This document shows positions 12,341 to 23,846 of a stretch of DNA of 64,000 bases, one piece after another. This DNA comes from Cyanophora paradoxa CCMP329 (Eukaryota; Plantae; Glaucophyta): assembly GCA_004431415.1 (NCBI GenBank), contig QPMI01000180.1, forward strand, positions 124,001 through 188,000. The letters run 5' to 3'. The stretch's first letter is position 1; each line of letters starts with the position of its first letter. The translations under genes were made by a program, and so were the position numbers. Under the pieces are notes generated by a model. The model searched no databases, was not told the DNA's origin, and was given only the letters and a program-made list of their open reading frames with translations.

Positions 12341-15050
12341 ATGCTGCAGGTGGACGATGAAGAGATCCGGCGCTGCATGGACCTGCTGGCGTCGACCGCG
12401 GGGGGGCCGGCGCAAGAAATTCACTGCGTCGTGGCGGCCAACAGGCTCTGGAAGATCTCCTGCGAGTCGGGTGCGCGGCGCCGCTCCCGCCGGACGAGGC
12501 GGCGCGCCGAGGGCGGGGCGCAGCGTTCTGGGCGGAGCGGATCGGCGTGCTGGGGGCGCTGAGGTGCCTTGTGGAGCTCGCCGCGCAGACGCGCTCCGTG
12601 CTCGCGGTCGGCGAGGTCCTTGGCTGCATCTGGTGCCCCCGCGCGCCCCCCCTCGCCCCCTAGACCTCCGGATCCCCGCCTGCGCGCGCGCCGGGCGCCG
12701 AGGGGCATGGCGGCCGGGCAGGAACTGCAGCGCGTACACGCGGAACAAGCCGCTGCTGGTGGAGCTCGGCATCGTCGCCGTACTCCCGCAGCTCCTCGCC
12801 CGCTTCCCCGCCGAGGCCCGCCCCGCCCCTTCTATGCCGCCCCGCCCCGGCCTACGGGGCCCACACCGCGCGCGCGATGCAGGCGCGGGTGGAGGAGTGC
12901 GTGTCGGCGATCCTGCAGAACGTATCCGAGTCGCGCTTCCGCACCGGCGAGCGCAACCCGTACCAGGCCCGCCCCGCCCCCGCCCCGCGCCCCGCGCCCC
13001 ACTCTGCTCGGGGGCCGAGCGCGCTGCAGGTGCGCATCGCGGAGGAGGGCGGGCTGGCCCTCGCAGCGGCCCTCTGCTCGCCCCCGCGGGACCTCGAGAC
13101 GCGGCTCCGCGCCGCCCTCACTCTCGCGAACCTCGCCATGCACCGTCCGCCCCCGCCCCGCCCGGTCCCGCACCGTCCCCGCCTCCGCTGCCCCAGACTC
13201 ACTCGCGGGGGGTGCAGCGGAGAACGCGCGGGCGATGGAGCGTACGGGGGCGGCGGGGCTGGTGGAGCGGGCGGTGGAGGAGGGGCGGGAGGAGCGCCTG
13301 CGCGACTTCTTCGGATCGTGGCTCTCCCTCATGCCATTCGTGCCGCTCCTCGAGGCGCCCCTCCCCGCCGCCCGCCTCCTCGCCGCCTTCTCCCTCTCCC
13401 GCCTCGCCCTCAAGCGTCCGCACCCGCGCCCCTCCCCGCCGCGCCGCGCCCCCGCGCGGAGCTGGAGCGAGGCGGGCGGGGGGGCCGGGGCGGGGGCAGC
13501 GCGGTACCGGCGGCTGCTGTGGCGGGCGATGGCGCTGTGCAACGGGGTGGCCCCGCTGCGTGCCCTCGCCGCGGACCCCGACGAGCGCGCGGCCACCCTC
13601 GCCAACCGCGTCCTCCTCACCCTCCGCATCCCCGGTGCCCCCCGCTCCCATCTCCCCCCCGCCCGTCGGCTGAGGCGAGGGGTCCGGGGCGGGGCAGGGC
13701 TGATGCGGGCGGGCCCGGCGCCGGAGGGGACCCTCTCGCGTGACATGCTCGCCCTCCTCCGCTCCGGCGACGTCCGCCCCCGCCCCGCCCCGCCCCGCGA
13801 CCCGCTCGCCGGGTCGGGCCCGACGGGGGCCGGCGCAGGGCGCGGACGTGGTGCTGCTGGCGGGGGGGCGCTCCTTCCCCGCGCACCGCGCCATCCTCGC
13901 CGCGCGCTGCCCCGCCCTCGCCGCCCGCTTCTCCACGGGGGCCGCCATGGCCGGCGGGCCCGCCGCCGACCTCCGCTCCGACCTGTCCGCCCCGCCCGCC
14001 CCGCCCGCCCGCCTGTTCCGCGCCCCGGACCGCCCCGGACGGGGCGGGCAGGTCGGAGTCGGCGCTGGAGGCGGTGCTGGAGCACGTGTACGGGGGCGGC
14101 GCCCGCCTCGCCCCGGAGACCGCCGCCGAGGTCCTCCAGGTACCCCCCCCCCCCCCCCCCGGGCCCGGGGCCGCCTCGGGGGCGACTCGAGGCGGTGGCA
14201 GGCGGCGGACCTGCTGCAGCTGGCGGAGCTGAAGGCGGCGGCGGAGGAGTACGTGGCGGAGAGCGTGCAGGAGGAGAGCGTCTGGGGCCTCCTCGCCGCC
14301 GCCGACCTCTACTCCGCCCCACGCCTCCGCGCCGCCTGCCTCGCCTTCGCCGCCAGGTCCCCGCCCGGCCCCGCCCGCTCGGGCCCCGCTTCTTCGTCCG
14401 AAGCGGGGCAGGCACGTGGGGCGGGAGTCGCTGGAGGCGCACCTCGGCGAGCTCGACCCGCGCACCGCCGCCGACCTCCGCGCCGTCCGCGCCCCCGCCC
14501 GCCCCGCCCGCCTCGGTCCGAGCGCGCGGGCAGGCGCGGGAGGCGGTGGAGGCGGAGGCGCGGGCCGGCGGGGCGGGGCGGGCGCGCCGGCGCGGGCGCG
14601 ACCGCTGGGGCGACGACGCCGCCGAGCTCCTCGGGCCCACCCAGGTCCCCGCCCGCCCCGCCCGCCCCGTCTTCTTCTCGCAGGGCGTCGAGGCTGGCGG
14701 GGCGGGGCGTTGCAGGGTGCGGCGGGCGGCGGGGCGCTGGAGGCGCACGGGCGGGCGGCGGGGCGGGTGCTCTCGGCGCGGGAGGCGGCGCTGCTGGCGG
14801 AGCGGGAGGAGTCGGAGGAGGAGGAGCGGGGGGCCGGGAGGCGGCGGCGGGGTTCGAGGAGGAGGAGGGGGGGCGGGGCGGCGCTGGACGAGGCCTTCCA
14901 CGAGGCCGCAGACGTCCTCTCCTCCCAGGGCTCCCCGGGGCCCCGGCCCCGCCCGGGCCGGGGCCCCAGGCGGGGCCCCCGGCGGCACGCCCTCCCCGGG
15001 GCCCACGGGCCGCCCGCGGCCGGCCCCGGCACCCCTCCCCGCACCACTGA
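12341..15050 (+). CDS. Armadillo-repeat plus BTB/POZ-BACK protein (ARIA/ABAP1-like architecture)
   Basis: ARM-like NKPLLVELGIVAVLPQLL and RIAEEGGLALAAAL..AALTLANLA; BTB LSRDMLALL..ADVVLLAGGRSFPAHRAILAARCP..LEAVLEHVYGG..AADLLQLAELKAAAE..ADLYSAPRLRAACLAF. Confidence 0.8.
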
Positions 15051-15516
15051 GCCCCCGCCAGCCGCTGTGCTCTAGTTTGACTTCTTGGAATTCAAGGGCT
15101 TGGAGCCTGGCGGTATGTCGTCACGGTCGTGCGGCAATCATCGGATCGCGAGCGCACCGAGCGGCTAGCTAGCGTCACAGTTGCATGCATATGCGGCGGC
15201 GCGGCCGCGGGCGCTCCGGGCATGCGCGCGAGCTCGAGCTGCCGCGCGCGGCCGCAGTGCGCATGCGGCCGCGGGCCCGGGGCGGCGCGCGGCCGCTTTC
15301 CGAGTTCGAACCTAGGCCCAGGCCTGGGCCCCGAATGGCTCAGTGCGTTAGGATGCCAGGATGCGTGCGAGCCGCGCAGTGGTGCAGCAGCTGAGCGTTC
15401 GCCTATAGCGCACCAGGGGGGTATTCCGAACCTGACTTGCGGCTTGCCCTGCAGTTGCCAGGCTGCGACAGCTGTGCAGCTTTCGCTCATGCTCGCAACC
15501 TGCCCGTGATCAACGC

Positions 15517-17861
15517 ATGGCCGGGGAGGTCGATCTGCGGCACGCCTTTGTGCGCCTCCTCCGCGAGAAGGAGCTCGAGGCTGCCCGGGCGGTGAGTACG
15601 CGCAGGCCCTTTATCGAGCTCGCATAAAGATTGCATCGGTGTGCAGATACACAGCGAGGGCGCACGGCTGGCGTACAACCGCGCCCTCGTGTCGGTCGCT
15701 CTGGAGGCGCAGCCGCTGGCGAGCGCGGCAGCGGCTGCGCGCCTCGTCGGCGTGGGGAAGAAGATCGCGGGGGAGCTCGCGGCGGCCCCGAGCTCGGGCG
15801 CGGGGGCCTGGGCGCCGCGGGACGGCTGCTTCGCGTGCGCGGCGCCGGCGATCCTCGTCGCGCTCCTCGAGCACGAGGAGCGGCAGTCCATCGGGCGGTT
15901 TCTCGCGGTCTCCGGCGCGCCCGTGGGCTCGGCGGGCCCGGCCAGGCGGGCGAACTCGAAGGCGGCGGGCCTCGGGCCGGTGCCTGCGTCTCGGGAGGAG
16001 GTGGCGGCGCTGGCGGCGGGGCGCAGCGAGGAGGCGCTCGGGGAGGGGCCCGAGAGCCCGGCCTCCCGCCGCATCGACGACCTCGTGCGGCTCGCCTTCG
16101 TCAAGGTGCCCTCGGGCGCAGAGCCCCGCGCGCCCGCGCCCCCTCGCGCGCGCCGCGTTTGCAGACGCCGGCGGGGGCGGCAGCGGCGGCAGCGGAACAA
16201 GCGGGAGGCGTTCGAGCTGACGGAGGCGGGGCGCGCCGTCGCGGCCGACATGCGCGAGGCCGCGCGCCGCTGGCCGGGCCCCCGGCCGCCCCCGGGGGCC
16301 CCTGGAGGCACAGCCGGCGGCCGGCCCGTCGGCGGCGGCGGCCGGCGCCGCGGGGCCGGCGCGGGACGTGATTGTTCTCGACAGCGACGACGAGGAGGGG
16401 GAGGGGTGGAGGGGCGGCGGCGGCGGCTCCTCCGGCGCCCCGCGCCGACCCCGCGCGCGCCCCGCCCTCGGCGGCCGCGGCGCCGGCGGGTCCGCCCTCC
16501 GCCGCGGGTCGCGGACGGCCGGCGGCGGCGGCAAGGCGGCGGCGGAGGCGGAGGCGGGAGCGGGGCCGGTCGAGCGGGGCGCGGGGACGGAGAAGCGGCG
16601 GCGGGGCAGCTTCGCGGCGGCGCGGCTGCCGTGGCGCGTGGTGAAGCGGGCGCGAGGCCCCGACAAGCTCGGCGCCGCCCTCGCCGCGGCGGCGGAGGCG
16701 GAGGAGGAGGCCGAGCGCGGGCCGCCGCCTGCGGGCCCGGCGAGGTGCGCGCCGCGCCTCCCCTGCCCCCCCGCGACCCGTGCGCCCTTTGAGTTGAGCT
16801 GGCGGCAGGGGCTGTACGGCGGGGGCGCGGCGGTGGTGCGGGGCCCGGCGGCGGCTGGCGGGACGGTGGCGGTGGTTGTGGATACGCGGGAGGGCGGGGG
16901 CAGCGCGGGGCGTCTGGAGGCGACGCTGGCGGCGCTGCGGGAAGCCGGGGTGCCCCCGGGGGCCCTCCTCGTGCGGGAGCTCCCCACTGGCCTCGGCGAC
17001 TACGCCCTACTCCTCCTCCTGCCCCCCGGGCCCGACGACGACGCCCAGTGCGCCCGCTCCTTGCGCCGCACCGGCGCTGCGCCTTGTCCACCTGCAGCGA
17101 GCCTTATGCCGTCGCCGCAGGGAGCGGCTGCTGCCCTTTGCCGTCGAGCGGAAGCGCGCCGACGACTTTGCACTGAGGCGCGCCCCGCCCCTGCCTTGCC
17201 CGGCCCGCCACGCGGCACGCGGCCTGGATCCCCGGCTGACGGCCTGGCGCGCGTGCAGCATGGTGGACGGGCGCCTCGCGCGGCAGCGCGCCGCCATGCT
17301 GCGCCTCCGGTCTGCCCCACCCCGCCCCGCCCCCGCCTCCGCTCCGCCCCAGGAAGCGGGCGGCCGAGGCGCCACCTGGGGCAGGGCGGAGCGGGGCGTG
17401 CGGCCGGTGCTCGTTCTCGAGGGGACCCCGCCGCCTACGCCGTCACCAGGCCCGTCCCGCCCCGCCACGCTTCCCCCGGCCCGCCTGGGGGTGCGAGCTG
17501 GGGCGGGGCGGGGGCGGGCAGGTGCGGGACGGGTGCGGGGCGTGGGGGCGTGCGGGCGGCCCAGCGCGGCGGCGGTCCTCGCGGCGGTCTCCGACCTCGA
17601 GGCGCGCCCCCCGGCTCTGACGCTCCGCCCCGCCCCGTGTCGTGCCGGGCCCGATGCGGGAGGGCGCAGGCTGCGGGCTTCCGGGCGATCCGGGCGGGGG
17701 GCTTCGCGGAGGCGATGCGCGCCGTCGCGAACCTCCGCCTCGAGGCCGCCGACGCCCTCCTCGCAGGCTCCCTCGCGCCCCTCCCCTCGAGCCCCTTCCC
17801 CCACCCCGGCCCCGGCCCCGGCCCCGGGCCCGGCCCCAGCCCCAACCCGCCGGCCTCCTAG
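15517..17861 (+). CDS. MUS81: Crossover-junction endonuclease MUS81-like
   Basis: N-terminal HhH (AYNRALVS..PLASAAAAARLVGVGKKIA), winged helix (AILVALL..FELTEAGRAVA), ERCC4 motifs VVVDTRE, ELPTGLGDY, AVERKRADDF, DGRLARQ, LVLEG. Confidence 0.8.
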
Positions 17862-17984
17862 CAGGACGAAGCAGAGCAAAGCAAGCAGGTTGATCACGAA
17901 TCGGGGCGGGCGGGCGGGCACCGGCCGGTGCCGGCAGACAGGCGGGGATGGTTCCAAGGGCGGGCGGCTGGGCGGGCTAGGCGG

Positions 17985-18998
17985 CTAGGCGGCGGCGGCG
18001 CGCTCGCGGAGCTCGTCGGCGATGAACTGCTCGTCCACGCCCCGCGCCTCCCGCGACTTCTCCACGTACCTGCCGGGCCCGGGGCGCTTGTTCGGGCGGC
18101 GCGGCCGGCAACAGCGACGGGGGGGCGGGGGAAGGGCCGCGCACGCGTTGATGGCGTACTTCTCGACGTAGCCGGCGGCGAGGGAGGGCAGCGCGACGAT
18201 GTCGAGCACGGCGCTCTGCGAGTGCACCGTCCTCGTCGCCTCCCCCTCCACCGCCCGCACCACCGCCACCTCCTCGATCTGCATCACCGCTGCGCCCCCG
18301 CCGCTCGCCTTCGCGAGCGATCCCGCCCCGCGGGGCCCCGGGGCGCGCGCACTGGGCCAGGTGACGTTGGTGCAGACCGTCCGCATGCACTGCTTCGCCC
18401 GGTCGATCTCGATCTCCTGCGCCCGCCCCGGCCCCGGCCTCAGGAGGCCCCGCCCTGCGCCGCGCCGCGCCCGGCGGGCTCCGAGGCTCGCGCACCATCT
18501 TGAACTGCGCGCGGGGGCGGCGCGTGAGGGGCGAGGCGGGGACGGGCCGGCGCGCGGCTCCGCGGCGGGCGGCGCACGACGAAGGTCTCGAGGCCGACGA
18601 GGCGCCTGACCCAGGAGGGCGCGAGCACCTGCCGGGGCGGCTCGTGCGGGGGCGGGGGCGGGCGGGGCCGGCGGGGGCGGCGCGCATCGACGTGGATGAT
18701 CTTGACCTGGCGCTCGATCCCCGTCGCCTCGTCTATCGACTCGGACTCCGTCTCCGTCTTCAGCATGTACGGCATCTTCGGGTTCGTCGGGAACCGCCTG
18801 AAGAACGCGGCGCAGACGACCTGAGCGGCCCCAGATCAGAAGCGGGACAGCGCAAGAACGATATCGATAGGCAATGACGCACATCCCACTCAGCATCGTA
18901 GACGTACTGCGAAAGCGTTAGCTGAGATCGTTAAAAGAGCTAGAACACGTACGCACCGGCTCGCATGCGTGCGATGTGCCTCTCTTGCCTTCCGCCAT
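17985..18998 (-). CDS. PRELI/MSF1-domain lipid-transfer protein
   Basis: YVYDAEWD-VVCAAFFRRFPTNPKMPYMLKTE..APSWVRRLVG..EIEIDRAKQCMRTVCTNVTW..HSQSAVLDI..YVEKYAINAY. Confidence 0.8.
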
Positions 18999-19426
18999 TG
19001 ATCGATCGTTTGGTGTGCGCTACGCGGGAAGCTGAATTGCGGCGCTCGTGCGCCCCGGGCAGCTGACAGAGCCTGCGATCATTCATTAGCGGGGCTGGAG
19101 GAGCAAGCACCGCAGCTGGCAACGACGCCGGACGGCGGGCACCGCGAATCAGACGAGGCGCGGTCCCAGGCAAGACAACCACAGGCTACTAGGTTAGCGC
19201 TAGCTACAAAGAGCAGAAGAACGGCCGGCGAACTGCTGGGCCGGCGATTCCTGCAGCGAACCTCCTAGTGTCTGTACCCCCGCTGAGCCGCGCCCCCCCC
19301 TTTTTGTTCAATTTCGCGCTCTGCATGCAGCTGGATCTAAAACTACGGCTAGCCACTGGGCCTCTGTTGCGTCCGGGAACAGAGTCCAGGAGCCTCGATT
19401 CGGATATGCACACGCGGGGCCCCCCC

Positions 19427-21364
19427 TCACAGGTCCTTGAAGAAGCTGTTCTGGGGCTTCGCGTTCGCGGCGGCCGCCGAGCCGCGCTTCTGCTTCCGCT
19501 TCTTCTTCCTCCCGCCCCCGCCGCCGCCGCCGTCCGAGTCGCTGTCGCTGTCCGAGTCGGGCGCCGCGCGCGCCGCGCCGCCGCCGCCCCTCGCGGGGCC
19601 CGCCGCGGCCGCCGCTGCGCCCTCGACCTCCATGCCGCCCCCCCGCCCCTCGCCCTCCTCCTCCTCCTCCCCCTTGCCGTCCTCCTGCGCGCGCGCACGG
19701 CTCGGAGGCGCGCAGGAGGAGCCGGCGGCGGGGCGGGCGGGGGATGCGGGCGGGCCTCCATGAGGTAGGCGATGTTCCAGAACTTGACTGTGTTGTCGTG
19801 GGAGCAGCTGCCGAGGACGCGCTTGTCCCCGGAGAGCGCCACCCGCTCGATCGGGAACTCCCCGTGCTCGCCCACCACCTGCGGCCCGGGGCACCGCCCC
19901 CGCTCGGACCCTGGTCTGCCTCGCCCCGGGCCCCGGGCGGCGCACCCCCAGGAGCTTGTTGGGGTGCACGGAGACCACGCTGCGCACGTGGGGCCTCGGC
20001 AAGGGCGTGGAGGGGCGGGGCGGGGCGGGGCGGGGCGCGGGGCGGGGCACCGTATGAGGCCGTCGGAGGAGCCCGTGCATATGACGTCCTCGTCGATCTG
20101 CCCCCGGCCTCAGTCGAGGGCAGCCGCGCGGGTGCGCGGCGGGCGGAGGGCGGGGAGGCGGGCCTTGGCGATGGTGTCGATGGACTGGGGGTGCCCGGGG
20201 AACCGATCGCTCACGTCCCCGAAGTCGCCCCAGCTCCTGCGCCCCGGCCCCCGCCCCGTCCGCCCGGCCCCGCGCTCCGAGCGCCCCCGAGACCCCGCCT
20301 CGGGGCGCACCATATCTGCAGGATGCCCTCCTGCGAGCCGCAGACGACCTTCTTGCCGTCCTGCGAGGCGCCTCGGCGGGGGCGGCGGGGCGGGGCGGGG
20401 CGGGGCGGGGCGGGGCGGCGGGGCGGGCCTTGAGGAGGGCGCAGGAGAGGAGCTCGTCCTCGATGTTGTCGCTCATCGCCTCCAGCTTGTACTTCCGCAC
20501 GTGGTACACCCCCAGCGTCCCGTCCCCGCTGCGCCGCCTCAGCCCGCGGCGCGGCACGGCGGGGCGCGGGGCGGGGCGGGGCGGGGCGGGCGGGCCTGGC
20601 GGCGACGAGCATCTTGGCGTCGGCGTTGTAGGCCATGTCCGCGATGAAGTCCTCGTTCTCCGTGTACGTCAGCACGCACTTCTGCGTCCGCAGGTCCCAC
20701 AGCTGCGCCCCGGCCCCCGTCCCGTCAGCCGCGCCGCCCCCGCGCGCGCCGGCCGGCGGCGGGCGGCGCGGGCCTTGATAGCGCCGTCGTCGTCACCGCT
20801 CGTGAGCATGTTCTCATCGATCTGCAGCAGCACCGTGATCGGCGCCCTGCGCCCCTCGTGAGCGCCTCGCCGGCGCCCCCGCGGCGACCACGCGCTCACT
20901 CGTGCGCCTTGCCCATCTTCCCCACAGACTTCCCCGCCGCAAGATCCACGTACTGTATCGAGCGATCCGCAGACGCCGTGTACAGCCCTTCGCCGGCGGC
21001 GCGTCAGGGGCGCGGCCAAGTCGCGAGCGCGCGACGAGCGGACCTGCCCCGTCGTGCCTGAAGCGAACAGCGCGGCACGAATCCCTGTGCGAGCTTATTG
21101 ACGCGAGCTCCTTGTTCCCTGACTCGGCGTATTCGTAGCTGCGCCGCGCCGATCAGCCTCGAGCGCGGTGAACCGGGCGACCCGGGGGGCAGGCGGGGCG
21201 GAGCGGGCCCGGGCGCACATGTGCACGTGGCCCGTGATCAGCCCGACGGCGCAGACGTTGCGCGTGGGGTGGAAGTCGAGCGCGAAGGGCTGGTCGTTGA
21301 AGCCCAACTCCGGGGGCTCCGACGGTGGATCCGCGTCCACATCGGGGTTCTGTGCAGGGTCCAT
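19427..21364 (-). CDS. WDR55: WD40 repeat protein WDR55/JIP5 (ribosome biogenesis), 12 exons
   Basis: FALDFHP..SHRDSCRAVRF..LTSGDDDGAIKLWDLR..EDFIADM..SGDGTL..SDNIEDELLS..KDGKKVVCGSQEGIL..WGDFGDVSDRFPGHP..TGSSDGLIR..GEHGEFPIE..SFFKDL*. Confidence 0.93.
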
Positions 21365-21460
21365 TCGCTTACGTGCCTGCACCAACGCGGTGGCCACAGA
21401 CTTTTTTTACGAGGGGATACCGCTTTACTCGCAAACCCCTCCTGCAGCGCGGCGGCAACC
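21365..21460. promoter_or_regulatory. 96-bp spacer between the divergent WDR55 and PFDN5 start codons (bidirectional promoter)
   Basis: ATG at 21364 (-) and 21461 (+); lower GC with a T-run. Confidence 0.6.
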
Positions 21461-22358
21461 ATGGCGGGTGCGTCTGAATGGCCTCGCTCGTCTCGCTCGT
21501 TCGTTGACCGCGCGGGCGCCTCAGACAAGGCGGGCGGCAGCGATCAGGGCATCAACATCACGCAGGTGCGGCCGTCGCGCTGCCTCGCGTCGCCGACATC
21601 GTCGCGGCGTGTGCCATTCGATCCCGCACGAATGCACTCGCTGACTCGCGGCGCAGCTATCCATCGAGCAGCTCAGTATGCTCAAGCGGCAGCTAGAAGA
21701 GGAGATTGAAACGCTCACAAACTCTTTCACGCAGCTGAAGGTTCGCGCGCCCGCCATGTGCCCGCTTGGGGTCATTGAGCCGGTTCTCGCGGCGCAGGGA
21801 GCACAGAACAGGTTCGTGGAGTCCAAGCTATCGCTCAACTCCATCAGCGCGAAGACAGCGGGTGCGCCGAGCGCCTCTGGATGCGCTCGCGGACAGCCGA
21901 TTACCCTGCAACCCAGGCCAGCCCATCCTGGTGCCGCTGACGGGCTCGCTGTACACTCCCGGCGTGCTGGGGTCGAACGAGAAGGTGCTCATCGACATCG
22001 GCACCGGCTACTACGTCGAGGCAAGTGCCCGCGCGCCGGCCGGACGGGCGGGGACGGGCGCGCCGGCGGGAGGCGGCGTTAGGGGGGCGGGTGGGCGGGC
22101 GGGCGGGCGCGGGGCGCGGGGCCTGCGGGGGCTGACGGGCGGGAGCAGAAGCCGGTGAAGGAGGCGCAGGACTTTATGGAGCGGAAGATATCGTTCCTGA
22201 AGGACAACCTGGAGAAGCTGCAGGAGCCGATCCTGCAGAAGCGCAAGAACCTCGAGGCCGTCGTCGGCGTCCTCCAGATGAAGATGCAGATCGCCCAGCA
22301 AGTAGCCGCCGCCCGCGAGAAGCAGGGCGCCGCCCCCGCAGGCTCCCCCGCCAGCTAG
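21461..22358 (+). CDS. PFDN5: Prefoldin subunit 5 (alpha type)
   Basis: [78 protein letters not shown]. Confidence 0.95.
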
Positions 22359-23846
22359 CCCCCTCTCAACACATCCCACTCGTTTCTTTCCGAGGCCTCT
22401 CGTCGCGCGGGGGACCCAGGGAGGGCCCTCGCCGGGGCCGCCCGGTGCCGCTGCCGCTCTGCTGGCTGCGAGCGAGGCCCCGGGCGACGCCAGGGCCGCG
22501 GGGCCACTCGGATCAGCGGCGGCGCAAGGGGCCTCGAGGGCAGCCACCAGCCCGGAGGCCCCCGGGCCCATTCCGATGGAGAATACGATGAACTTGGAAC
22601 TCACTGCTAGGCTGGCTTATGCGAGCAGAACATCGAGCTCGAGGTTCAGAGGGCTCAGATCCAGAGGGTTTGCGGGCTGTCATCGTGAACACAGCTATAG
22701 CTATAGCTCAGCGGCTATAGCTATCGCGACCGTCGGACGTCGACTCGGCGACCATATAAAGCTTAAGATTTTCGGATTCGTGATTCATGATCCATCATGG
22801 CATGGCATGCACACGCCGTGTGACGCTGGCCATATGCATGGCCAAGGATCGGGAAGCCTTGAATCGATCATGATCACCGTGGCACGAATTCCGAAGTTCG
22901 AAGGGTCTCAACAACGTAACTGCTCTGATCATGATGAGTCTGATCATCATGGCCCGGTGCCACGGTGGCATGAGCTCGAGCTCATGCATGCAGCGGCTCA
23001 CTGACTCAGTGAGTCAGCGGCTCAGCGGCTCGATTTGACTCAGTGTGGCCTGAGGCAAGTTTCCGAGTTCATGGGACTCATTCAATGATTCCGAGTTCCG
23101 AAGTTCCGAAGTTCAGCCACAGCCTCAGGGCCTGCCAGGCTGGCAGCGTACGCGTTAACGTTCACACATGCAGGCCCCGGCCCCCCCCGCGGCCGCGGGC
23201 CCCGCAGCTGCGGCCCAGTGCACACATCATGTGTGCACAATGGCAAGGCAACGATAAGCTGAAGTTTCACTCTGACACGCCTTCTACTGCTGATCCTATA
23301 CTTGACGAAAATCTCCAAAACTGGAGGGGCACGGGCCTGCTGTTCTATCTGACTATGACTGACGCGAAGTGCTACGTATATACGGTCGACTGAAGACTGA
23401 TCAGAAGGGGGGCTGTCACAAGCTATATATGTAAAATGCATGTAAAAGAGGTCAAAGAAATTATGCTTGGCCAGTCCGGCACTGGTACCTAAAGGAGCCT
23501 TAACTAGGTACACGCGTTTTGGAACAAAAAGTACAAGTCTTACAAAGCAGAGGTTGGTACAACGGGTTACATGAGCGAAATTCGCTTGCTTTTGAAACGA
23601 ACCACCCAAGAGAAGGAATTGAACAAAATGAACAGGGGCGAGGCTAGAGGATAGACTACGCACAATACTGCTGTACAGTAGCACACTGTGAATGAGGGGT
23701 TATTATGTGGCAGCGGGCCGAAGCCGCGCTGTTTCCCGGCGCCCATCGGCGTTCTAGCCTTGGCGGGGGGAGGGTGAGTCTCAAGAAACGTCCATCTTCG
23801 ATGTCGTTTGGCATCGGCCGCGGTTGCGGCGGGGCCGAGAGGCCCG

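Noticed and set aside
12816-20773. Introns as an Introner transposon family
   Set aside because: They share only low-complexity CCCCG/GGGGC composition; no alignable unique core, TIRs or consistent TSDs were seen
23215-23700. AT-rich segment as a transposon or ncRNA
   Set aside because: No convincing TIR, TSD, coding similarity or RNA motif recognised
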